Shown here piece after piece: positions 29,603 through 38,986 of a stretch of 64,000 bases of DNA (position 1 is the stretch's first letter; each line of letters begins with the position of its first letter). The notes beneath the pieces are model-generated. The model did not search any database and was not told where the DNA came from. It saw only the letters and a list, made by a program, of their open reading frames with translations. Source of the DNA: an uncultured Pelagibacteraceae bacterium. Its GTDB lineage: Bacteria; Pseudomonadota; Alphaproteobacteria; Pelagibacterales; Pelagibacteraceae. The stretch is from positions 121,803 to 185,802 of the forward strand of contig CACDEB010000001.1 of NCBI GenBank assembly GCA_902551755.1, in the 5' to 3' direction. A program made the position numbers and the translations under genes.

Positions 29603-30705
29603 TCTTTTTCTATACACATCGAAATTCCCATCCCTCCTCCGATGCATAATGTTGCCAAACCTTTTTTCCCACTTATTTTTTTTAACTCATTTAAAAGTGT
29701 AACAACAATTCTTGCTCCGGAGGCACCTATCGGATGACCAAGAGCTATTGCTCCACCATTCACATTTACTTTTTCTTTAGGAACTTTTAATTCTTTAATT
29801 ACAGCAATGCTTTGAGCGGCAAAGGCTTCGTTAATTTCAATTAAGTCTAAATCTTTTACATTCCATTTCGCTATTTCTAGAGCTTTGTTTGATGAGGGGA
29901 TTGGTCCTAACCCCATCATGGATGGATCAACACCACAGGTTGCCCAGGATATAATTTTCCCCAATATTTCTAAATTATTTTTTTCAGCTAACTCTCTTGT
30001 TGTTAATACCACTGCAGCTGCTCCATCATTGATACCAGATGAATTTCCAGGAGTGACAGTTCCTTTTTCCTTAAAAACAGAATTTAGTTTTGATAGGTCG
30101 TTAATTGTAATTCCAGTTCTTGGATGTTCGTCAATATCATTGTTAATAATTTCGTTATCAAATTTTTTTTTTTTTATTGCTATATTTGCTTTATGTTGAG
30201 ACTGAAGAGCAAATTCATCTTGTTCTTGTCTTGATATATTATATTTTGCAGCAACATTTTCAGCTGTTACACCCATATGATAATTATAAAAAGCATCCGT
30301 CAAACCATCTTTCATCATTTGATCATGAATTGAATTAGTCATACTTTCTTGACCACCAGCAATTATAAAGTTTGCAGAATTTGTAAGTAATGATTGATAT
30401 CCGTTTACAATTGATCGTAGTCCAGATCCACATACTTGATTTATAATTATTGCAGTCTTTTCTTTTGGAATTCCGGAATTTATAGCGGCTTGCCTTGCTG
30501 GATTTTGTCCACATGATCCTGTCAAAACTTGTCCTAATATTACCTCGTCAATTTCATCTACTTTTAACTTAGTCTTTTCAATTAAACTTTTAATTACTAA
30601 CGAGCCTAGGTTATGAGCCTGCAGATCTTTATAAATACCTTTATATCTTCCTATGGCTGATCTTTTAGCAGCAACGAAAACAATGTCTTTAGAATTTTTT
30701 GACAT
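29599..30705 (-). CDS. Acetyl-CoA C-acyltransferase (thiolase) with shortened loops
   Basis: INQVCGSG, NEAFA, GHPIGASG and LCIGGGMG motifs. Confidence 0.95.
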   Translation of the reverse strand: MSKNSKDIVFVAAKRSAIGRYKGIYKDLQAHNLGSLVIKSLIEKTKLKVDEIDEVILGQVLTGSCGQNPARQAAINSGIPKEKTAIIINQVCGSGLRSIVNGYQSLLTNSANFIIAGGQESMTNSIHDQMMKDGLTDAFYNYHMGVTAENVAAKYNISRQEQDEFALQSQHKANIAIKKKKFDNEIINNDIDEHPRTGITINDLSKLNSVFKEKGTVTPGNSSGINDGAAAVVLTTRELAEKNNLEILGKIISWATCGVDPSMMGLGPIPSSNKALEIAKWNVKDLDLIEINEAFAAQSIAVIKELKVPKEKVNVNGGAIALGHPIGASGARIVVTLLNELKKISGKKGLATLCIGGGMGISMCIEKD

Positions 30706-30768
30706 TAATATAGAATAATTGTTTATTTAAAAATTACATTATTAAATATGATTTTTTTTTATAATTCA

Positions 30769-30845
30769 GCGCCTGTAGCTCAACTGGATAGAGCGCTTGG
30801 CTACGGACCAGGAGGTTCTGGGTTCGACTCCTAGCAGGCGCACCA
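30769..30845 (+). tRNA. tRNA-Arg(ACG)
   Basis: GCGCCTG/CAGGCGC acceptor stem, CT-ACG-GA anticodon loop, GGTTCGACTCC T-arm, encoded CCA. Confidence 0.97.
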
Positions 30846-30849
30846 AATT

Positions 30850-30933
30850 ATGAAAGTCTCTTTACAATCAAGTGTTGTATATTTTTTTACTATAGTGTTA
30901 ATAGTTTTAATTTTATTAACAATATTTTTATAA
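30850..30933 (+). CDS. Possible 27-aa single-TM microprotein (MKVSLQSSVVYFFTIVLIVLILLTIFL)
   Basis: Exactly fills the gap between the tRNA CCA and the next ATG; entirely hydrophobic C-terminal half. Confidence 0.4.
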   Translation: MKVSLQSSVVYFFTIVLIVLILLTIFL

Positions 30934-30936
30934 AAA

Positions 30937-31338
30937 ATGAAAAATAATTTTGAACAAATCAGCAAAGTTTCTGGTTTTATGAAACACAATGGTGGTCTTC
31001 TTTTTAGAGATTTATCCGAGACTGAGTTTGAATTTAAAAGCACAATACAAAAAATTCATTTAAATAGAAGAGACATTACCCATGGAGGTTTTATTTGTTC
31101 TTTAATTGATGCAGGTGCTGGAACTGCTGTGTATAGAGCTAGCAATAATCAATCATGTGTAACGGTTTCATTAGATGTTAAATTCATTGCACCATCCAGA
31201 CTAGGGGATGAAATATTAGGTAAAGTAAATATATTAAAGAGAACAAAGTCAATGTTATTTGTGAATTGTAATTTATATATGAACAAAAACATTATTGCAT
31301 CTGCAACAGGAGTTTGGAAGGTAATAAAAAAAATATGA
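30937..31338 (+). CDS. PaaI family thioesterase
   Basis: HLNRRDITHGGFICSLIDAGAG hot-dog fold motif. Confidence 0.9.
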   Translation: MKNNFEQISKVSGFMKHNGGLLFRDLSETEFEFKSTIQKIHLNRRDITHGGFICSLIDAGAGTAVYRASNNQSCVTVSLDVKFIAPSRLGDEILGKVNILKRTKSMLFVNCNLYMNKNIIASATGVWKVIKKI

Positions 31339-32033
31339 TTGGGATTTTAGGGGGGATGGGGACACAGGCTGGTTTAGATATTTGTAATAAGATAGCTATT
31401 TTGCACAGAGGGAAACAAGATCAACAATACCCAAAATTTTTATTATACAACAAATCAGACACACCTAAGAGGCCTGAAAATTTAAAAAAATACTACAACG
31501 TTCTAAGAGAATTAGTTAAGGGCTGTAAATTATTAGAAAAAAATAAATGTAAGTTTATTGTAATGCCGTGTAATACAGCTCACTTTTGGTATGATGATTT
31601 AAAGAAGAAAGTTAAGATACCTATTTTAAGTATGCCAGAGGAAGTTTATAATCATACAAAAAAAAGCTGTAAGATTAATTCTCAAATTGGAATACTTGCT
31701 ACGGAAGCTACCTTAAATACAAAGATCTATCATAAGTATTTCAATAAAAGATTTAAGCTTTTATCGCCACCTAAAAAAATACAAAAAAAGAATGTAAATA
31801 AAGCAATCAAATTTGTTAAAATGGGAAATGTAAGAAAAGCAGAAAAAATAATAAAGCCTGCAATTGATTATTTGATAAAAATAAATTGTAAAAAAATAAT
31901 CTTAGGATGTACTGAATTACCTATAGCCATTTTTGCATTCAAATCTTTTAAAAAAGCAAAAAAATCAAAAATTTTTATTGATCCAAATTTAATACTGGCA
32001 AATACTTGTGTAAATAAATATAAGGCTGCATAA
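31335..32033 (+). CDS. Aspartate/glutamate racemase family protein (RacX/YgeA-like)
   Basis: MIGILGGMG, PCNTAH and LGCTELP; start at 31335 by ATGA overlap. Confidence 0.92.
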   Translation: MIGILGGMGTQAGLDICNKIAILHRGKQDQQYPKFLLYNKSDTPKRPENLKKYYNVLRELVKGCKLLEKNKCKFIVMPCNTAHFWYDDLKKKVKIPILSMPEEVYNHTKKSCKINSQIGILATEATLNTKIYHKYFNKRFKLLSPPKKIQKKNVNKAIKFVKMGNVRKAEKIIKPAIDYLIKINCKKIILGCTELPIAIFAFKSFKKAKKSKIFIDPNLILANTCVNKYKAA

Positions 32034-32173
32034 TTTGATCAAATATGTTAATATTAAAAAAAAATAAAAATGAGAACTTTTACCTTAATGATTCGGACTT
32101 GTTTTAGACTATTTTTGTTCTTTAGCGATAACAATATATAGTAGTAAAAAAATTTAACACACCAAAAGTAGAA

Positions 32174-34654
32174 ATGACAAAAAATAAAATAACTGCTGTT
32201 CTCGGACCTACCAATACTGGAAAAACCTTTCTAGCTATTGAAACAATGCTCTCTTTTAGCTCTGGAATGATGGGTTTTCCCTTGAGGCTTTTAGCGAGGG
32301 AAGTTTATGACAAAGTTGTTAAAAAAACTGATCCAAATAAAGTAGCGTTGATAACAGGTGAAGAAAAAATAATACCTCCAAACGCTAAGTATTATTTTTG
32401 TACTGTAGAGTCTATGCCTATAGAAAAAGATTTAGAATTTGTAGGAATAGACGAAATTCAAATGTGTTCTGACCATGAAAGAGGTCATATTTTCACTGAC
32501 AGATTATTAAACCTAAGGGGAGAAAAGTTAACAATGTTCATGGGATCAAACTCAATGAAAAATATTATTGATAAATTAGATGGCGATATAGAATATATCG
32601 ATAGAAAAAGACTATCAAAATTAACTTTCTCTGGTCACAAAAAAATCTCTCGAATAGAAAGAAAAAGCGCAGTTATAGCATTTTCAGCAGAAGAAGTTTA
32701 TGCCATTGCAGAATTAATTAGACGTCAAAAGGGTGGAGCTGCAATTGTGATGGGGTCTTTAAGTCCTAAAACAAGAAATTCACAAGTGCAACTATATCAA
32801 TCTGGAGATGTTGACTATCTTGTTGCAACCGATGCAATTGGTATGGGAATAAACATGGATTTAAATAATGTCTTTTTTTCGAGTATTAAAAAATTTGATG
32901 GTAAAAAAATAAGGAGACTTAGATTATCTGAAATTGCACAAATTGCTGGAAGAGCAGGCAGATATCTTAATGATGGTTCTTTTGGGATAACAGGCGAATG
33001 TGGTGAGATAAGTCCAGAGGAAATTGAATTACTTGAAACCCATAAAATTGACGACATCAACACAATTTTTTGGAGGAATCCAAATTTAAACTTTAAAAAC
33101 GGACAATCTCTAATCAAGTCATTAGAAGAGAAACCTAACAAACCTTGGCTTAAAAGAATTTCAGAATGTGAAGACGAAAAAGTTTTAAAATATATTTTAA
33201 AAGATACTGAAAAATTACAAATTTATAATAATGAGAATGAATTAAAACTGTTATGGGAATGTTGCCAGATCCCTGATTTTGTAAAAAAAACTTATGGAAA
33301 TCATTTAGAGGTAATTGGAAAAGTATTTAATTTTTTAAGAGAAAGAACAGGAAAAATTTCAAATAAATACATGAAAGAACAACTTTCAATTTTAGATAAA
33401 GTTGATGGAAATGTAGATTCTATATCTAATCGAATTGCGAACGTAAGAACATGGTCTTATGTTTCTAACAAAAATGGGTGGGTAGAAAATCAAGATTATT
33501 GGATAAAAAGGACAAAGTTTTTAGAAGATAAACTATCTGACAGATTGCACGAGGAGCTTACCAAAAGTTTTATTGATAAACGAGCAAGTGTACTAGCAAA
33601 AGGTTTAAAACAAGATATTTCTTTTGAGACAAAAATTGAGAATAATGAAAAAGTTTTAATTAATAATCAATTTATTGGGAACTTAAAAGGTCTAAAGCTT
33701 GAATTAGATTTTAAAGTGGGTGATTTAGAAACTGACATTAAATCTTTAAAGAAGGCTGCAAGACAAAATGTTAGCCCGGAATTTTCAAAGAGAATAAATC
33801 AAATAATTGAGGGAAAACAAATTGAATTAAAAGAGGATAGAAAAATTTATTGGAACAATTTTCCTATAGCAATTCTTGCTAAGGGTGCAGACTATCTGTC
33901 TCCAGAACTTAATTTAATTATAGACGATATTGTAGAAAATGATGAAAAATTAAAACTTCACTCTTTTTTAAAAAAATGGTTAGAAACAAAAATTGCTGAT
34001 GAACTAGATAGTTTATTTAAACTGAAGAACATAAATTCGGTAAATTCTCAAATAAGAGCTTTATCTTATCAATTATATGAAAACAACGGTGTAGTAAAAA
34101 GAGATGAGGTTTTAAATATCGTTAATAGTTTGAGTCAAGATGAAAGAAAAACTCTTAGAAATTTAGGTGTAAAATTTGGAAGATATCATATATTTTTGTT
34201 CAAACTTTTTAAACCTAGTGTTGTCTCTTTGAGAATTTTACTTTGGAAGAATTTTAAAGGAGAAGACTTAAATCTATTTCCTCCTACTTTTGGATTAAAT
34301 TTTGTGAACGATTTAAAATATAGAAACAAAAAATTTATGCTTTTATGTGGATTTGAAAAATTTGATAGTTTTTTTGTTAGAATTGATATTTTAGAAAGAT
34401 TATTTATTGAAATTATAAACTCTAATGAAAATAAATCTGACAAAATTAAACTATTACCCAAAATGTTAAATTTACTGGGTTGCGACAAAGAAAGTTTTGT
34501 AAAAGTTATTAAATTAATGGGGTATAAAGTTTTTGACGAAAAAAACGAAACCTTTTTCAAATATAAACCTTTTAAAAAGATTAAAAAGAGTTTAGATTTA
34601 AAGATCAAAAAAGATAATCCCTTTGAAGCATTAAAACAACTAGATTTAAAATGA
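32174..34654 (+). CDS. SUV3/MgpS-like helicase
   Basis: GPTNTGKT, DEIQ, VATDAIGMGIN and QIAGRAGR. Confidence 0.92.
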   Translation: MTKNKITAVLGPTNTGKTFLAIETMLSFSSGMMGFPLRLLAREVYDKVVKKTDPNKVALITGEEKIIPPNAKYYFCTVESMPIEKDLEFVGIDEIQMCSDHERGHIFTDRLLNLRGEKLTMFMGSNSMKNIIDKLDGDIEYIDRKRLSKLTFSGHKKISRIERKSAVIAFSAEEVYAIAELIRRQKGGAAIVMGSLSPKTRNSQVQLYQSGDVDYLVATDAIGMGINMDLNNVFFSSIKKFDGKKIRRLRLSEIAQIAGRAGRYLNDGSFGITGECGEISPEEIELLETHKIDDINTIFWRNPNLNFKNGQSLIKSLEEKPNKPWLKRISECEDEKVLKYILKDTEKLQIYNNENELKLLWECCQIPDFVKKTYGNHLEVIGKVFNFLRERTGKISNKYMKEQLSILDKVDGNVDSISNRIANVRTWSYVSNKNGWVENQDYWIKRTKFLEDKLSDRLHEELTKSFIDKRASVLAKGLKQDISFETKIENNEKVLINNQFIGNLKGLKLELDFKVGDLETDIKSLKKAARQNVSPEFSKRINQIIEGKQIELKEDRKIYWNNFPIAILAKGADYLSPELNLIIDDIVENDEKLKLHSFLKKWLETKIADELDSLFKLKNINSVNSQIRALSYQLYENNGVVKRDEVLNIVNSLSQDERKTLRNLGVKFGRYHIFLFKLFKPSVVSLRILLWKNFKGEDLNLFPPTFGLNFVNDLKYRNKKFMLLCGFEKFDSFFVRIDILERLFIEIINSNENKSDKIKLLPKMLNLLGCDKESFVKVIKLMGYKVFDEKNETFFKYKPFKKIKKSLDLKIKKDNPFEALKQLDLK

Positions 34655-35076
34655 TATTTAAATTTTTAAATAAGAATAAAGAAAATCCTGACACTAATTC
34701 TGAGGCTGTTAACATTGCTTGTCTTTTAGTACACGCAGCTAAAATAGATGAAAATTATACATCAGATGAAAAGGAAATTATAAAAAAAACAGTAAAGAAA
34801 TTGTATCCTGATTTAGAAAACTTAAATGAAGTTATTACACAAGCAGAACAAAAGGAAAATGATTCTAATCATATTCAAGAATTTACTAAAGACGTAAAGT
34901 CTTTAAGCACAGAAAATAAAATTTTAATTGTTGAAACTTTATGGAGAATAATTCTATCAGATGGAAAATCAGACGTTTATGAAAATAACCTTATGAGACG
35001 TTTAGCTGGGTTGCTTTATTTAGATGATAAGATAGTTGGTGAGACCAAGATTAAAGTGCTTAATAATAAAAAATGA
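34651..35076 (+). CDS. TerB family protein
   Basis: [13 protein letters not shown], and LWRIILSDG...[13 protein letters not shown]. Confidence 0.85.
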   Translation: MIFKFLNKNKENPDTNSEAVNIACLLVHAAKIDENYTSDEKEIIKKTVKKLYPDLENLNEVITQAEQKENDSNHIQEFTKDVKSLSTENKILIVETLWRIILSDGKSDVYENNLMRRLAGLLYLDDKIVGETKIKVLNNKK

Positions 35077-35399
35077 CTTACATAGTAAATGACAAATGTA
35101 TTAAATGTAAATTAATGGATTGCGTTGAAGTATGTCCAATTGACTGTTTCTATGAGGGGAAAAATATGCTTGTAATTAAACCGGATGAGTGTATAGATTG
35201 TGGCGTTTGTGAACCTGAGTGTCCGGTTGATGCAATAAAACCTGATACAGAAGAAGGAAGTGAAAAATGGTTAGAATTAAACAAAAAATATTCAGAAATA
35301 TGGCCAAACATTTCAGAAAAAAAAGATCCACCATCAGATAACGAAAAATATAAAAATGAAGAAAATAAATTTGAAAAGTATTTTAAAGAAAACCTTTAA
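35073..35399 (+). CDS. fdxA: 7Fe ferredoxin FdxA
   Basis: [14 protein letters not shown] and [12 protein letters not shown]. Confidence 0.96.
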   Translation: MTYIVNDKCIKCKLMDCVEVCPIDCFYEGKNMLVIKPDECIDCGVCEPECPVDAIKPDTEEGSEKWLELNKKYSEIWPNISEKKDPPSDNEKYKNEENKFEKYFKENL

Positions 35400-36225
35400 A
35401 AAAAAAAAGAAAGAGTTGCCTAAGAAAAAATCAAAGCCCATAACTAAAAAAACAAGTAAAATAAAAGTTAAGAAAAAGATTGGTAGACCAAAACTAAAAA
35501 CTATAGATAAAAAGTCTTTGAAAGAAAAAGCTAAGGCTAATTTATCTAAGCCAAAAGGTGCTGAAAATTTACGTCTTTCTAAAAACCAAGACCAAAAACC
35601 TGAAATAGTAAAAATTAAAAAACAAGAAACAGAAAAGAAACAATTTAAACCTAAAGATTACGTAGTTTATCCAAAACATGGTGTTGGGCAAATTTTATCA
35701 GTAAGCGCAAAAACAATTGGTGGAATTGATGTGCAGTGTTACGATATAAAATTTGAAAAAGATAAAGCTGTAGGATTGTTGCCAATAAATAAACAATCAC
35801 ACTTAAGACCTTTATCTACAATTAACCAAGTAAATAAATCTATCTCAATTTTAAAAGGTAAACCAAAAATAAAAAGATCAATGTGGAGCAGAAGAGCGCA
35901 AGAATATGAACAAAAAATTACATCCGGAAAAATCTATGAATTAGCAGAGGTTGTCAGAGATCTAAATAAAGGTGACGATATTATGATTGACCAATCTTAC
36001 AGTGAAAGACAGCTATTCGAAAAAGCTTATGAGAGAATATTAACAGAATTCCAAATTATATTAAATCTATCCCTTGAGGATACTCAAAAAAAGTTGGATA
36101 AGGCTTTGAAGAGAAATTTAGAAAAGAATCAGCAAAACCTAGAAAAAAAAGCACCAACTAATCCAAAACCAAGTCAAGATACTGAGGAACCAGAAAATTT
36201 AGAAAACGTTTCAGAAGAGGAGTAA
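35356..36225 (+). CDS. carD: CarD/CdnL family regulator with a Lys-rich N-terminal extension
   Basis: [32 protein letters not shown] and SYSERQLFE. Confidence 0.92.
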   Translation: MKKINLKSILKKTFKKKKKELPKKKSKPITKKTSKIKVKKKIGRPKLKTIDKKSLKEKAKANLSKPKGAENLRLSKNQDQKPEIVKIKKQETEKKQFKPKDYVVYPKHGVGQILSVSAKTIGGIDVQCYDIKFEKDKAVGLLPINKQSHLRPLSTINQVNKSISILKGKPKIKRSMWSRRAQEYEQKITSGKIYELAEVVRDLNKGDDIMIDQSYSERQLFEKAYERILTEFQIILNLSLEDTQKKLDKALKRNLEKNQQNLEKKAPTNPKPSQDTEEPENLENVSEEE

Positions 36226-36227
36226 AA

Positions 36228-36266
36228 AAAAACGCTTCTCACACAAACGTTATGAGAAGCGTTTTT
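36228..36266. terminator. Bidirectional intrinsic terminator
   Basis: AAAAACGCTTCTCA - 11 nt - TGAGAAGCGTTTTT between convergent genes. Confidence 0.85.
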
Positions 36267-36278
36267 AAAAAAGAAAAT

Positions 36279-36350
36279 TTATCTTCTTCTTCTTCTTTTT
36301 TTTGCTTTTTTCTTAGCTTTTTTCTTAGCTTTTTTTCTTCGTTTAGCCAT
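36279..36350 (-). CDS. 23-aa ultra-basic protamine-like peptide MAKRRKKAKKKAKKKAKKRRRRR
   Basis: Below the ORF-track cutoff; GGAG SD upstream, TTGACA promoter upstream, terminator downstream. Confidence 0.8.
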   Translation of the reverse strand: MAKRRKKAKKKAKKKAKKRRRRR

Positions 36351-36397
36351 CTTTAGCTCCCTGTTGTTACGAATCTTTTTGATTCGTTATAAGTTTA

Positions 36398-36426
36398 TTT
36401 TTAAATATTTTCTTTTGTTATGTCAA
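36398..36426 (-). promoter_or_regulatory. Sigma70-like promoter of the basic peptide gene
   Basis: TTGACA - 17 bp - TAAAAA, followed by a 7-bp 5' hairpin at 36369-36387. Confidence 0.6.
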
Positions 36427-36548
36427 ACATTTAATTAGTTATAAATTGATTCATCAATGAAGTAAAAAATTAAATTTAATTTTATAAATGTTAAATGTTA
36501 AAAAAGAATAGTATTTATGCGCATTATAATCAATTTTGTTTGTTAAAT

Positions 36549-38237
36549 TTAATAAAGTTTTTCTAAATCTTCTTTATATTTTTCTAAAATTTTTTTTCTT
36601 TTTAATTTTAAAGTTGGTGTTAACATTCCATTTTCAATTGTAAATTCATCTTTAATAAGTTTTATTTTTTTAACTTTTTCTATTGTTTGTAAGTTTTTAT
36701 TTAAATTTTCGATGTATAAATTAATTTCTGATCTATTTTTTTCGTTATCACTTACAATTAATGCAACTAAATAAGTTTTTTTGTCTCCATAAACTAAACT
36801 TTGTTTAATTTTTTCATTTAAACAAAGTAAATTTTCAATTTTAGATGGAGAAATGTTATCACCACCTAAATTTACAATGATTTCTTTTTTTCTATCAGTT
36901 ATTTTCAAATTTCCTTCTTTAGTGAACTCTCCTATATCACCAGTATGCAACCATCCTTCTTTTATAACTTCATTGGTTTCATCTTTTTTATTCCAATATC
37001 CAAGCATAACGTTTTCCCCTTTTACTAATATTTCACCATCGTTTGAAATTTTAACTTCATTGGTTTTAAATGGAGGCCCTACAGTCTCAATTTGAATATT
37101 TCCTGGAACGTTACAGCTAACGACTGGAGAAGCTTCAGTCAATCCATATCCTTGTAATGTTGGTAATCCAATAGAATTAAGAAATTCTCCAATTTTTTGG
37201 TCAAGAGCACCACCACCTGAAACAAAAGCTTGTAATTCTCCACCAAACTGTTTTTTTATCTTTTTTCTAACTAAAATTTCACACAAAAAATTAGATATTT
37301 TTTCTCCAAAATTTAGGTTTTCTTTTTTAAGTTTTTTTGTGCCAAATTTAAGGGTATTCGTTATTAATTTTTTTTTTAACCCCTCCTGTTTAGAAAAATT
37401 TAAAGAAATTTTGTTATATAAATTCTGATAAAATCTTGGAACAGCGGTCATGATGGTTGGTTTCGCCACTGACATGTTAGGAATAAGTTTATCTAAACTT
37501 TCAGCATAATAAACTTTTGCTCCCAGAGAAATTTGAACGAATTGAACAGTATGTTCATACGAATGTGAAAGAGGTAACCATGTCAAAAAAACCGGTTTTT
37601 TCTTTTTGACAATAGAAGCCAATATTTCTAAAGCTCCCTCGCAATTTGAAAGAATTCCACCATGACTTAACATTACTCCTTTTGGTTTACCTGTCGTACC
37701 AGAGGTATAGATTATACAAGCTAAGTCATTTCTTTTTATTTTATCGTTATAACTTTTATTACTAAGATTTGTTTTTTTGAATATTTCTGAAAAGTTTTCA
37801 ATTTCATTTGTTAATTCATCAATAGAAATTATCTTAATCTTGTCATTTAAAAATTTTTCTATTTTTTCATATTGTAATTTATTTGAAACTATACAAACCT
37901 TTGGTGCACAATCATTAATTATATATTCATAGTCTGAGTCTGAGTAAGTGGTAAATAATGGCACTGTTACACCTCCAGAATTCATTATTGCAATATCAGC
38001 AATTAACCATTGTGGTCTATTCTCAGACAATAATACACATCTGTCCCCAGGGGAAATATAGTCTTGTAGAAAAGTTGTTAAGCTTTTAATTTTTAATGTT
38101 ACTTCATTCCAATTTAACGAAGAGTTTTTATCTTTTGAACTTAATCCAAATAAAAAAGGAGGACCTTTTTTGTTTTTAATTTCATCGTATTTTTTGAAAT
38201 AAAGTTCTACTAAACTATTTATGTTTTCTATTTTCAT
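36549..38237 (-). CDS. Long-chain fatty acid--CoA ligase (AMP-dependent synthetase)
   Basis: IIYTSGTTGKPKGV, WLPLSH, QGYGLTE and WLHTGDIG. Confidence 0.95.
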   Translation of the reverse strand: MKIENINSLVELYFKKYDEIKNKKGPPFLFGLSSKDKNSSLNWNEVTLKIKSLTTFLQDYISPGDRCVLLSENRPQWLIADIAIMNSGGVTVPLFTTYSDSDYEYIINDCAPKVCIVSNKLQYEKIEKFLNDKIKIISIDELTNEIENFSEIFKKTNLSNKSYNDKIKRNDLACIIYTSGTTGKPKGVMLSHGGILSNCEGALEILASIVKKKKPVFLTWLPLSHSYEHTVQFVQISLGAKVYYAESLDKLIPNMSVAKPTIMTAVPRFYQNLYNKISLNFSKQEGLKKKLITNTLKFGTKKLKKENLNFGEKISNFLCEILVRKKIKKQFGGELQAFVSGGGALDQKIGEFLNSIGLPTLQGYGLTEASPVVSCNVPGNIQIETVGPPFKTNEVKISNDGEILVKGENVMLGYWNKKDETNEVIKEGWLHTGDIGEFTKEGNLKITDRKKEIIVNLGGDNISPSKIENLLCLNEKIKQSLVYGDKKTYLVALIVSDNEKNRSEINLYIENLNKNLQTIEKVKKIKLIKDEFTIENGMLTPTLKLKRKKILEKYKEDLEKLY

Positions 38238-38241
38238 AAAA

Positions 38242-38328
38242 TGGTGGGCAAAGAGAGAATCGAACTCTCACAGTATTGCTACTATTGGATTTTGAGTCCA
38301 ACGCGTCTACCAGTTCCGCCATTCGCCC
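38242..38328 (-). tRNA. tRNA-Leu(CAA)
   Basis: GGGCGAA/TTTGCCC acceptor stem, TTGGA-CTCAAAA-TCCAA anticodon arm, long variable arm, encoded CCA. Confidence 0.96.
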
Positions 38329-38377
38329 AATATTAATAATTTCATTTTTATAATTATAGTATAAAAACAAATTTAGT

Positions 38378-38986
38378 ATGTTTAAAGAAATATATAGAAA
38401 ATCAATTGAATTAGCAGGTCATAAAAAATCAAAATTTTTTCTAGGTTTTATCTCATTCATCGAAAGTTTTATATTTCCAATACCACCAGACGTTTTTATT
38501 ATACCAATGACTATTGCTAAGAGAGCTCAGTGGATTAGAATTGCACTAATTGCTACCATTGGATCTGTTTTAGGAGCATGCCTTGGATATTTTATTGGTT
38601 ACGTTTTTTTTAACGAGATTGGTGTAAAAATATTTGATTTATACGGTGTTGATAATGCTAATTTTTTAAAAGAGAAAATGTCCTCAGAAGGTGGTGTAAT
38701 AGCTTGGGTAACTTTATTGGCTATTGCTGGTTTCACGCCTGTACCATTTAAATTACTCACTATTACAAGTGGATTTGTACACTTCAATTTTTTCTATTTT
38801 GTTATTGTATCTTTATTAACAAGAGGTTCTAGATTTTTTTTAATAGCATTTTTAATTGGAAATTTTGGACCTACTATGAAGAAAATAATTGAAAAAAAAC
38901 TAGTTACAGTTTCAATAATAATATCTGTTATTTTAGTAATAGTTGCTTACTTTGTATATAATTTCTTAATTAAATTTACATCCTAG
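38378..38986 (+). CDS. YqaA/DedA family membrane protein
   Basis: SFIESFIFPIPPD and GFTPVPFKL motifs. Confidence 0.92.
   Translation: MFKEIYRKSIELAGHKKSKFFLGFISFIESFIFPIPPDVFIIPMTIAKRAQWIRIALIATIGSVLGACLGYFIGYVFFNEIGVKIFDLYGVDNANFLKEKMSSEGGVIAWVTLLAIAGFTPVPFKLLTITSGFVHFNFFYFVIVSLLTRGSRFFLIAFLIGNFGPTMKKIIEKKLVTVSIIISVILVIVAYFVYNFLIKFTS

Noticed and set aside
32070-32141. 23-aa ORF upstream of the helicase
   Set aside because: No SD, motif or compositional signal; the region is more likely the helicase promoter.
34651-35076. TerB as part of a ter stress or anti-phage island
   Set aside because: It is a solitary gene in a core helicase-fdxA-carD operon, with no other ter genes.
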